In this document: one piece after another, positions 18,198 through 26,380 of the stretch
How the letters are laid out: each line of letters starts with the position of its first letter
Numbering within the stretch: the first letter of the stretch is position 1
DNA from: a virus
Lineage: Duplodnaviria > Caudoviricetes
Virus record (IMG/VR): IMGVR_UViG_3300025154_000129
Span: 1 to 53,908 of that record
Reading direction: 5' to 3' (one strand)
DNA: 53,908 bases
Program-made: the position numbers and the translations under genes
Notes under the pieces: model-generated
What the model was told of the DNA's origin: nothing
Seen by the model: only the letters and a program-made list of their open reading frames with translations
Databases searched by the model: none

Positions 18198-19444
18198 GAA
18201 TCCTCCAAGCAACACGGAACGGAAAAGATGGGACACAATTGCTTGACTTGCGAAAGTAGACTTTCACGCTTGTTTACAAGCTCAAGGAGACACTTTTCCT
18301 TGCCCCGTCCTTCAGCGATCTTTCTTGAAATGACTTCTAGCATGTTCTCAGTTTGAGTGATTATGGTAACTTTCTTTTGAAGCTCAGAAAAAAGTCTTTG
18401 GTTATTTAATAAAACAGCTTCAACCACCATCCATTTCTCATTGTCATGAACTCGCTCCTTCGTTTCTTCTATTTGTCGTATCAGAGATCTCGCTCGTTTT
18501 TCTTTGCTTTCTATTTCCTGAGCTTGCTCCACTTTCTCTTTCGTTGTTTTATGTAAAGACTCAACTTTCAACCAGTTTGTTTTTTTCTCTAACCTCTCGT
18601 TTGTCTTGAGTATAGAGGCAGAAAGATTGCTTGCTGTGTTTATAGAATCTTCTAAGGAATCAATCTTCTTCTTGTTCTCTACTAAATTACTATAGATTGA
18701 TTCAACTTGAAGCCACTCTTGATTGCCTTGAATGATGTCCAATAAATCTTCTGTCTCAGATATCAAAACAGATGCTTTGTCTATTCCTCTTTCGAGTTCT
18801 CCTTTCTTTTTGTCCATTACTTCCAACGAATCGAGTTCTTTTCCTAAAGCATCAAGATACTCAAGAGTTTTTAGCTTAGCCTCTTTTTCTTTTTGCTCTC
18901 CCCTTGCTTGATCCAACTGATCCTTTGTTCTTGTGTACAACTCTTTAGCTTTGTCTGTAACCTTATCAATAATCTCTAGTCCCACTAAAGCATTGAGCTT
19001 CTTTGCAATCTCACCGGGACTTGTCTTTTTACTCAGTAGAAATCTATCATCCTCTTGACCTTGAATATTGATCTCATTCATTCTAGCAATCAATTGGATC
19101 TCTTCAGGAACATCTGAGCCCAAAGCTACTGCTTTTCTTTCATCTCTTCCATCAAAATACTTGTATCCATTAACAGCTTTCTTTCCTTGTACTTCGTTCC
19201 TCTCCCTTTGCACCCAAGTTCCGTCTTCAAATTCGATCTTGCAAGAGCTTACTTCGCTGTCTTTCACAACGGGTCTGAAGCCTGTTCCTCTTACATCATT
19301 CAGTAAGCACCAATCGCCTGCTGCTCTTATTATTACTGATTTACCGTTCTTTGTTGCACCTGCAAGAATGTTCAGACCCGGGAGAAGTTTGAGAAGAGTC
19401 TTTTTGTGACTTTGCCAATTAATTACTTCAATTGTTTTGATCAT
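18194..19444 (-). CDS. SbcC/Rad50-like ATPase, N-terminal half
   Basis: IEVINWQSH, Walker A GATKNGKS, Q-loop IQGQ, long coiled coil ending in CPIFSVPCC. Confidence 0.85.
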   Translation of the reverse strand: MIKTIEVINWQSHKKTLLKLLPGLNILAGATKNGKSVIIRAAGDWCLLNDVRGTGFRPVVKDSEVSSCKIEFEDGTWVQRERNEVQGKKAVNGYKYFDGRDERKAVALGSDVPEEIQLIARMNEINIQGQEDDRFLLSKKTSPGEIAKKLNALVGLEIIDKVTDKAKELYTRTKDQLDQARGEQKEKEAKLKTLEYLDALGKELDSLEVMDKKKGELERGIDKASVLISETEDLLDIIQGNQEWLQVESIYSNLVENKKKIDSLEDSINTASNLSASILKTNERLEKKTNWLKVESLHKTTKEKVEQAQEIESKEKRARSLIRQIEETKERVHDNEKWMVVEAVLLNNQRLFSELQKKVTIITQTENMLEVISRKIAEGRGKEKCLLELVNKRESLLSQVKQLCPIFSVPCCLEDS

Positions 19445-19445
19445 C

Positions 19446-19622
19446 TTACAAACCTTTTAGAAGTTCAAAAGATTTTCTCCAAAGAAAATTATGAATTTCC
19501 ATCGAAACAACAAGTAAAAATAAAAACAGACAAGTAAAAGGTCCAGTTTCTTTGTAAGAAAAATAAAGCATGATAAAAGTCAATGCCCATCTAATCAATG
19601 CAGGTATTATTTGTTTACTCAT
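19446..19622 (-). CDS. Small membrane protein (58 aa, not in ORF track)
   Basis: Hand translation MSKQIIPALIRWALTFIMLYF..CLFLFLLVV..; ATGA overlap with the upstream gene, fills the gap. Confidence 0.55.
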   Translation of the reverse strand: MSKQIIPALIRWALTFIMLYFSYKETGPFTCLFLFLLVVSMEIHNFLWRKSFELLKGL

Positions 19623-20251
19623 TTTTGTCTCCTTATTATCTGTACTCTCCTAGACAACCATGATTCAATAAAAGATCTGAATCCCCCTTTAGTCCAATTC
19701 TGAAAATCCCTCCATTGCATAATTGTTATCTCTTCATTTCCTATGCTCATTTTGAAATAAGGACGTTTAACAGGATTTCCGAACTGATCTAAGAATTCCC
19801 CAAATTCAGAAGTTCTCAATGCAATACATGATTTCCTTCTATTGCGTCGGAAAATTAACATAGGAAAACGATTTGTTACTTGGGCGTCTCTTGATGCTTG
19901 TTTCCAAAATGTCTCAAACTTTGTTTCATCTTGTGCAGAATCAAGAACATCCAGAATGCACCAATGAAAAAAATAGATCTCACCACATTTCTTACATTTC
20001 TTTTTATCAGCATATCCTGTTTTGCTCTCAATGCTAAAAAGGTCAAACAGAGGTTTTATGATTGTGTCACTGAAAGTAAGATCCCCTCCTTGATATTTTG
20101 TCACTTCCGCTTTGTTATTTCTTTGTCTTGTGCTGGTCAGTCTTCCTCCGCTAGATTCTGTTCTCCTGACAAGATCCTTTCTTTTACCTTCAGTCCAAAG
20201 CTCAGACAACTCTCTGCCAATTAGATTCTCTTCAGTTCCTCCTTTAGCCAT
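19619..20251 (-). CDS. Holliday junction resolvase (PD-(D/E)XK type)
   Basis: KG..E..I..ELS, SSGG, GDL, FSIESK, WKQA..DA, LIFRRNR. Confidence 0.75.
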   Translation of the reverse strand: MAKGGTEENLIGRELSELWTEGKRKDLVRRTESSGGRLTSTRQRNNKAEVTKYQGGDLTFSDTIIKPLFDLFSIESKTGYADKKKCKKCGEIYFFHWCILDVLDSAQDETKFETFWKQASRDAQVTNRFPMLIFRRNRRKSCIALRTSEFGEFLDQFGNPVKRPYFKMSIGNEEITIMQWRDFQNWTKGGFRSFIESWLSRRVQIIRRQK

Positions 20252-21147
20252 TATTTAGTAACTCCCATGCAAGTTTTCCATTCCAAAACTTTCTCTGTTT
20301 TCAACATACTCACAAAACCATACTTATGGCACATTTGTTGGAACTTGCCCAATGACAAATCATCCTCTACTAAAGAAAATTCCCCTGTTCCTTCAAAAGG
20401 AAGTTTTACAAGACGAACATTCCTTTCAATTATTCTCTTTGAAGCAGAGGAGTCAATCAGTCTCTTTTTGCCGTCTCTTGCTGATAGTTTTTCATTGAGG
20501 TATTTACTTGCTGTTTTGTATCCTACATCAGGAATTCCATGCACTTCATCAGTATCACAACCTTTGATGCATAACAACTGCCACCATTGATCGGGTGTTA
20601 CTCCAAACTCCTCGTAAAGATCTGATTTCCTATACTTCTTTTTTGTCTTGATGTTGTACATATAAACGTCTTTTCCATTACCTTCGCTTAGCAGTTGGTA
20701 AAGATCTTTGTCAGATGATACAATGGCAATTTCTTTTTCGTAGGTGCGAACGATAGAGGCGACAATATCATCTGCTTCTAATCCTTCTTGAAAGAAAAGA
20801 TTTTTGAATCCCAACATAGGAAGAACAGCGTCTCGGATCTCATTGAATTGATCGTAGCAAACCTGATCGTAATATCTTTCCTGATCTGTTTTCTCTTTCT
20901 TCGCGTTGTTCCTCTTCAGTTTATATGTAGGATAGATCTCTCTTCTCAATGACTTCTCAGAGTCAAAAGCAAAAACAAAGTGGTTACTATTGAATTTCTT
21001 CGACAACGAAAACAGTTGAGAAATAAAGCTAAAGATTACACTGGTTTCTATTCCGTTGTTACTCAATCTGTTTGAAACCATAGCGTGCTTGGCTGTGTGC
21101 AGAATGTGAGAACAATCGACTAGAAGCATAGGAGTTGAACTTACCAT
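20251..21147 (-). CDS. 5'-3' exonuclease / flap endonuclease (T4 RNase H-like)
   Basis: LLVD, FD, RREIYPTYK, EADD, SSDKDLYQL, G.DTD.V.GIPDVG.KTA. Confidence 0.92.
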   Translation of the reverse strand: MVSSTPMLLVDCSHILHTAKHAMVSNRLSNNGIETSVIFSFISQLFSLSKKFNSNHFVFAFDSEKSLRREIYPTYKLKRNNAKKEKTDQERYYDQVCYDQFNEIRDAVLPMLGFKNLFFQEGLEADDIVASIVRTYEKEIAIVSSDKDLYQLLSEGNGKDVYMYNIKTKKKYRKSDLYEEFGVTPDQWWQLLCIKGCDTDEVHGIPDVGYKTASKYLNEKLSARDGKKRLIDSSASKRIIERNVRLVKLPFEGTGEFSLVEDDLSLGKFQQMCHKYGFVSMLKTEKVLEWKTCMGVTK

Positions 21148-22220
21148 TTCGGCCTCCTTTGGACTTTAGCTTCATTTCTCATTTCATCCCATCTTTGTTG
21201 TATCTTAGATAAAAGCTCTAAATAAGCAGAGGGGTTTTCATCAAAAAAAGGTTCAAGCTTGTTCTTGCCTTGAAATCGTTCCCCATTCCAATCATACCAA
21301 GAACCTGAAGGAACAAGAATATCATACTCTAAAGCAAAACTAACCGCACTTCCGATGTTATCTATCCCATATCCATAAAGAATACGAAACTCAACAGGCA
21401 TACTGTAGATTGCAGCATGATTCTTTTCTACTTCAACATTGACATTCTTGCCTTGCTGCATTCCATTATCATGCTCAATACTTCCTCTTTCTTCCAACCA
21501 ATAAATGATCGTAGCTGCATGATCAAGAGCATGTCCCGCAGATCGAGTAAGTTTTCGTTCCCAAGGTTTTGCTCCTATCTTTGCTCTCACTTGAGAAATA
21601 ATGTGGAACACGCAATTGCATTCTTTAATAAGACCACTATTCTCTTTGAAGAAATATGAAAGCATTGTAGCAACACCCACTTTGTAGTCCTGTGCTCCTA
21701 CGCTACTCTTTTTCTTCGCATGTTTCTCTTCTCTTTTTGACAAGATTCCATCAAGACTGTCAGTTGTAAGAACCATCAGATCATATTTGCCCCTGTTTTG
21801 ATTCAAACAGTTTGTCGCCCAATTATACCAAGAATCAGAATCTTGAGTATGAACCCACTCAATCTCATCAACAGGCAGCCTATTATCTGCTGCAAGCTTG
21901 TAATCGAATTTGTTCTCAGGCTCGTTATATCCTATATAAACACTCTTTCCTTTTTTCTTGCCTTCATTGTACCAAGCTTGATTGATCACTTCACAAGCCA
22001 ACAAGGTTTTCCCGGTGTCTTTTGTTCCTATGCCATTGATTATTCTTCCTACTGGAAATCCTTTACCTACATTTCCTGACAAAGCAAGATTGAGCGTAGG
22101 ACATCCTGTGCTGACCCATTGAATCTCCTCTATCTGAGGTCGATTCCCTTCTTTGACATGACTCTCAATATCATTAACCGATTCAGATGTGGACTTTCTT
22201 CGTTTTACTATAGACATCAC
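21141..22220 (-). CDS. recA: RecA/UvsX-like recombinase
   Basis: STGCPTLNLALSG, G.PVGRI, Walker A GTKDTGKT, DS, ISQVRAKIG, GHALDHAA, KN, GID, GSWY. Confidence 0.88.
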   Translation of the reverse strand: MMSIVKRRKSTSESVNDIESHVKEGNRPQIEEIQWVSTGCPTLNLALSGNVGKGFPVGRIINGIGTKDTGKTLLACEVINQAWYNEGKKKGKSVYIGYNEPENKFDYKLAADNRLPVDEIEWVHTQDSDSWYNWATNCLNQNRGKYDLMVLTTDSLDGILSKREEKHAKKKSSVGAQDYKVGVATMLSYFFKENSGLIKECNCVFHIISQVRAKIGAKPWERKLTRSAGHALDHAATIIYWLEERGSIEHDNGMQQGKNVNVEVEKNHAAIYSMPVEFRILYGYGIDNIGSAVSFALEYDILVPSGSWYDWNGERFQGKNKLEPFFDENPSAYLELLSKIQQRWDEMRNEAKVQRRPKW

Positions 22221-22237
22221 CTCTCCTTATAAAAAAG

Positions 22238-22390
22238 AGCTGAGGACAGGATTTGACACCTGCAAAGATCACAGCCTTTTATAGGCTCCCCCTCTTAAAG
22301 AATCCTCAAATCGTCCCCACCCACTGCATTCCCTTATCTATACTAGATCCGGATTCAATAAGGACCTCTGTGTTCTTCGGCCACCTCAGC
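22238..22390 (-). ncRNA. tRNA-like RNA with expanded interior
   Basis: Minus strand: 7-bp acceptor stem GCTGAGG/CCTCAGC, TGGCCGAA at tRNA positions 8-15, T-arm GCAGG-TGTCAAAT-CCTGT abutting the 3' acceptor strand; about 110-nt interior; followed by a T run. Confidence 0.5.
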
Positions 22391-22397
22391 ATTTTTG

Positions 22398-22571
22398 TTA
22401 ATCCGTCAAGGTCAGATCTTTTTCAGAGTACCATTCATTAGATGTAGTTGTACGAACTAGATAGATCTTTTCTCCTCCTCTATTAAGACACAAACTTTCG
22501 ACTATACCGTCTTGCCCTAAATCAGTCTTTACTTTAACCTTAAGGTCAAACTTAAATTCTACTGTTCTCAT
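22398..22571 (-). CDS. Small hypothetical protein (57 aa, not in ORF track)
   Basis: Hand translation MRTVEFKFDLKVKVKTDLGQDGIVESL..YLV..WYSEKDL; AAGGAG RBS. Confidence 0.6.
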   Translation of the reverse strand: MRTVEFKFDLKVKVKTDLGQDGIVESLCLNRGGEKIYLVRTTTSNEWYSEKDLTLTD

Positions 22572-22574
22572 TTT

Positions 22575-23654
22575 CTATCTCCTTCGTCTGCGAGCAACAA
22601 CTGGAGCTTCTGTTGTCTTTGTGGGTTCTTCTCTCTTTGTCTCTTCTTTCACAGGTTCTGTTTTTGTCTCTTCTTTTGTTCCCTTAAACTCCTTTGATTT
22701 TTCAGCACAAGCATCCCAAATTTTACACTTAGAACAAAGATTAGCAGGAAGTTCTTCGCAATCTTTTCCGAATGAACCTCCATGGGGACACTCAAGCTTT
22801 GTCTTCGTCTCTTGCGTAAATGCTTGATCTGTTACAGTTGTTTTCTCCTCCGTAGTTTGGGAAGCAGTTGAGTAAGTCTTGCCTGATGATTCTAGCGTTT
22901 CAGGAGCCTGATTCAAGATCTCATAGATTTCCTCCGCTGAAGGTTGAGGAAGAAGAGTCTCAAGAGAAAGAGCACTTGCTTGTTCTAGTATCTCTTGAGG
23001 AATATCCATCCTACGATCAAGAAACTTGTGCTCGGTGTATTTGGTACTTGTAGGACCTTTGCCTGTTCTTTTGAAATAACAAGTTTTGCCTTTCTCTTTT
23101 GAAGGGTGCATGAAAAGAATTGTTCCCCCACCGAAAGGGATCTTTGCAGCACCTTGAATGTCTTGCTCAAAAATATGCCAACTAGGCATCCAGAACTGAA
23201 CTCCTTTTTGTTCTTCAGCAGGGGCATTTCGCACCCAGATGTAATACATACTTCGATGCTTCGCTCGGATTCTATCAAGATACTCTTTGTTGAAAGAGGG
23301 CTTCAGCATTTCAGCATCACGAAACTCACAGATCGGACAACGCTTTCCCCATGTTCTCAAAGGACAAGTTACGAAATGTTCAAGAGGTCCTACTTTCTCA
23401 TGCCTGAAATAATCAACCGTATACGCCCATGTTCCTTTCTTATTGTTAGGGTGTAAATCAGTCTGCACTTTCCAAGGAACGATATCTATAGCATGTTCCC
23501 CTTCAGTGCATTTCCATTGAGGTCTGCAATTTTCAGGGAGAGGGAAAATCAATCCCCCTTGCCATTTTTGATTCCCTCCCCCTTCTTCTGCTCTTTCTAT
23601 ACTTTCCTGTTGAGATTTCTCAAGATCTTTTTCGAGTTCGGATAAATCAAACAT
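22575..23654 (-). CDS. ssDNA-binding protein (gp32-like)
   Basis: H..VG....CP..TWGKRCPICE zinc motif, F.RTGKG..TKY..F..R; located between recA and the UvsY-like gene. Confidence 0.7.
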   Translation of the reverse strand: MFDLSELEKDLEKSQQESIERAEEGGGNQKWQGGLIFPLPENCRPQWKCTEGEHAIDIVPWKVQTDLHPNNKKGTWAYTVDYFRHEKVGPLEHFVTCPLRTWGKRCPICEFRDAEMLKPSFNKEYLDRIRAKHRSMYYIWVRNAPAEEQKGVQFWMPSWHIFEQDIQGAAKIPFGGGTILFMHPSKEKGKTCYFKRTGKGPTSTKYTEHKFLDRRMDIPQEILEQASALSLETLLPQPSAEEIYEILNQAPETLESSGKTYSTASQTTEEKTTVTDQAFTQETKTKLECPHGGSFGKDCEELPANLCSKCKIWDACAEKSKEFKGTKEETKTEPVKEETKREEPTKTTEAPVVARRRRR

Positions 23655-23663
23655 TTGTGCTCC

Positions 23664-23867
23664 TTAATGTAATTTGTTTTTGGGTTTTTGTTTCTCACTC
23701 GCCTTCTTCTGCTCAAAGTAAGCTTTGAATACGACAGAGGAAAACACTTTTAAAGGAATAACAATACAGAATAGCAATATAGCCAATGCTAATTCAATAA
23801 CAAGAGCTATAGCTGCCCCGACACAAACAACGACACTCAATGCTAAATTCTTAATTACCTTTAGCAT
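23664..23867 (-). CDS. Small membrane protein
   Basis: Long hydrophobic stretch; probable start MLKVIK after GGAAGG. Confidence 0.5.
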   Translation of the reverse strand: MLKVIKNLALSVVVCVGAAIALVIELALAILLFCIVIPLKVFSSVVFKAYFEQKKASEKQKPKNKLH

Positions 23868-24369
23868 ATCCTTCCATTTCTTTATCCAAGTCTTGTTGAT
23901 CCATTGCATCTTTCATGTACCTAGGAATTCTTTCTTCACTCTTATAAAGAAAGATCCATAGTTTTGTTAGTCCCTCACACGTTGCCCTCCTTTGAAAATT
24001 CATCACATTTTCTGCCATCTTCAGAATGTGGGCATCTTTTATGGCTTGCGCCCAATTGTCCGAAGCTTCTATGTAACGAGGATCATTCCTAACACAAGAT
24101 TGAATAAAACTCTCCGTAGGAGATTTACTTTCTGCCCAACCAAAATCACTAGGCGAAGATCGAACATCAAGGTCAATCTTAGCCTTTACAATTTTGTAAT
24201 TCTGCTCTGCCATTTTCAATTCATACTCAGCAATTGCAGCTTTTTCAGCCCATTTCATTGCCAAAGAGCCGTTTTTGTTCCACTCTCTTTCAAGATCAAA
24301 CTTATCAACCTCAAGATCCTGTTCGTACTCACTTTTGTAATCAGAAAGTTTTGTTTCACTCTCAGACAT
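23851..24369 (-). CDS. UvsY-like recombination mediator
   Basis: DLEVDKFDLEREW, helical, PTE..I...V..D..Y; start MSESE after AAGGAG. Confidence 0.6.
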   Translation of the reverse strand: MSESETKLSDYKSEYEQDLEVDKFDLEREWNKNGSLAMKWAEKAAIAEYELKMAEQNYKIVKAKIDLDVRSSPSDFGWAESKSPTESFIQSCVRNDPRYIEASDNWAQAIKDAHILKMAENVMNFQRRATCEGLTKLWIFLYKSEERIPRYMKDAMDQQDLDKEMEGYAKGN

Positions 24370-24506
24370 TTTTGATCTCCTTATTACCAAGTATCAATTT
24401 CTATTCCAAAAAACAACCATTGAAAAATAAATTCACCTAAACCAGTAACAATCTTAGGTTTTAATCTCCAATAAGCAGGCTTATAGTAAATGATGAAAAA
24501 CAACAT

Positions 24507-24818
24507 TTATTTCCTCCATCCATTCTTTTTGTTTATTTCGCAAGGTCTGAAATCTTCTCTTACCAACTTACGTCCTATTCTCTTTTCAAAACACTCTTTA
24601 TGCACGTTCACAAATACATTAGGAAGCTCAGAAGGGAGTCCTGATTCACTCCATACTGTATCATGAACAACAAAAGAATCTTTATTGGTGAGAGGCTTAC
24701 CACATCGAAGAAAACATCCAATATTCGCTTTTTCCTTTCTGTTTTTATCACACATTAACTTTCTACTTTTTATCATATCATGATCTCGCTTTTTGCAGTC
24801 AGTTATTTTGTCATGCAA
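24507..24818 (-). CDS. Hypothetical zinc-binding protein
   Basis: CG..FVVHD.VW..H.ECFEKRIGRKL..EDF....IN. Confidence 0.55.
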   Translation of the reverse strand: MHDKITDCKKRDHDMIKSRKLMCDKNRKEKANIGCFLRCGKPLTNKDSFVVHDTVWSESGLPSELPNVFVNVHKECFEKRIGRKLVREDFRPCEINKKNGWRK

Positions 24819-25783
24819 CTTAGGTACGCCGCAAGTCTAAGACCAGATTCCCCTGACGAATAGAAATTGTTTGTCCAATAGTTTGCTATTTTAGCAATCC
24901 TCAAGTGGTCGTTTGTTGTTAGAAGAACTTTGGTGAGATAATCAAGAATCCCCCTACGCATCTTTTCAGGATCATTCTGTCCCCTCTGATCCTTTAAACC
25001 GGTCAAAATCCCCTGCATTTTCTTCCATCTACCTTCCACTGTCAAAGTCCCATCAATCATTGTCTGAATCAAATCTTTTATCGAAGCTTCAGCGATAAAA
25101 GCAGATTCCAGTATCTCAAGAGCTTTCTTTTCATCTTCTACATCAATAACAGTCTCAAGTAGATTGAGGGCATCACGAGGAACACCTTCGGATTTCTCAG
25201 CTATTTTGACAATGACAGAATCAGGAAAAGCTGAGGAATCTTCAAATTCCGAAGCTACAACTTCAGTGAGAAGTTGATAAATATCATCCCTTCGCAACAC
25301 CTTGACTTCAAACTTCACACATCTTGATCGGATCGTTTCTGTAAGATTCTGAGGTTCAGTTGTACAGAGTATGAAATATACATGACTGGGAGGTTCTTCT
25401 AAAAGTTTTAGAAAGGCCTCTTTGGCCTCTTTGGTTAGCATGTGAACCTCATCCATTAGATACACAATACAAGGAGATTGAACAGGTGCGTACATGCAAT
25501 CCTGAGCAATATCTCTTATTGTATCTATACCCCTAAAACTAGAAGCATTGAACTCTCGAAAGTCCGGGTTATATTCTTTGTCTGCACTGTAAGCCCCTAG
25601 TTTGGATGCTACTATTCTACCTATCGAGGTCTTTCCGCATCCTTTAGGTCCATGAAATAGAAACGCATGAGGTACTTTCTCTTGCTCTCTTCCGAAGATT
25701 GAAGCCAGAGAGTTCTTGATATCTTCATTTCCTATCACTTCATCAAAATCAACAGGTCTGTAAGCTGTGTCAAGTCCGCTCAT
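24803..25783 (-). CDS. dnaX: Clamp loader AAA+ (DnaX gamma/tau-like)
   Basis: YRP.DFDEVIG, HAFLFHGPKGCGKT, DEVHML, LLEEPP, FILCTT, SRC, G.PRDAL. Confidence 0.88.
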   Translation of the reverse strand: MSGLDTAYRPVDFDEVIGNEDIKNSLASIFGREQEKVPHAFLFHGPKGCGKTSIGRIVASKLGAYSADKEYNPDFREFNASSFRGIDTIRDIAQDCMYAPVQSPCIVYLMDEVHMLTKEAKEAFLKLLEEPPSHVYFILCTTEPQNLTETIRSRCVKFEVKVLRRDDIYQLLTEVVASEFEDSSAFPDSVIVKIAEKSEGVPRDALNLLETVIDVEDEKKALEILESAFIAEASIKDLIQTMIDGTLTVEGRWKKMQGILTGLKDQRGQNDPEKMRRGILDYLTKVLLTTNDHLRIAKIANYWTNNFYSSGESGLRLAAYLSCMTK

Positions 25784-25793
25784 TTGCTTCCTT

Positions 25794-26168
25794 TCAGTTA
25801 AATGTTTCCCAAATATGATTTCTTTCTATCAGTCGCTTTGCTTCAGGTATCAAATTGGAAACTTCAATGAATATTTGTCTTAATCTGTTCTCAGGAACGC
25901 AACCACTCAAAGCCAATTCCATAATAGTCATTGCTTGAGTTACTCTACCTAGTTCTTTAGATGTCAACTCTGATTTGTTATAGAGTTCCTGAAAGTTGGT
26001 CAATTCATCCTCGAGAGAGTTCACTCCCATGAGCAATTCTTCTTTCCTATTTTTATCCCTTTGTTTACTTACTTTCCTTTCTTCTATCTCCACTTTCATA
26101 TCATTGATAAGACCTTGAAGTAGAGAAAGAACAACCAAAGTGTATCTCTGTTTCTGGCTCATCCCCAT
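25794..26168 (-). CDS. Hypothetical protein
   Basis: 124-aa ORF coupled within the operon. Confidence 0.6.
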   Translation of the reverse strand: MGMSQKQRYTLVVLSLLQGLINDMKVEIEERKVSKQRDKNRKEELLMGVNSLEDELTNFQELYNKSELTSKELGRVTQAMTIMELALSGCVPENRLRQIFIEVSNLIPEAKRLIERNHIWETFN

Positions 26169-26380
26169 TAGATTAGATCCTTCTCTTCAGCTAACCATTC
26201 AGGAATTTCTATTGTAATTTCATCTCCGTTAAAAAAAGTTTTGTAATCAGAGTCTTCAAGATTCTTTACAAGGCTTTTTGGAATCCAAATTGACTCACCT
26301 TCTTCTTGTCGAATTGATATAGCTTTATCTGTATGCGTTATAAAAATGATCTCAACTTCTGTTGTTTCATTTCTTCCCAT
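26168..26380 (-). CDS. Small conserved phage protein
   Basis: TDKAI..WIPKS..IPEWLAEEKDLI pattern. Confidence 0.7.
   Translation of the reverse strand: MGRNETTEVEIIFITHTDKAISIRQEEGESIWIPKSLVKNLEDSDYKTFFNGDEITIEIPEWLAEEKDLI

Noticed and set aside
22238-22390. Canonical tRNA-Leu/Ser or tmRNA
   Set aside because: No anticodon arm at the expected position and an 8-nt T loop; too short for tmRNA and lacks the G3-U70 alanine identity; kept only as tRNA-like
24370-24390. MVIRRSK as another instance of the basic tag
   Set aside because: This stretch is the RBS (AAGGAG) of the likelier start at 24369, so it is probably not translated
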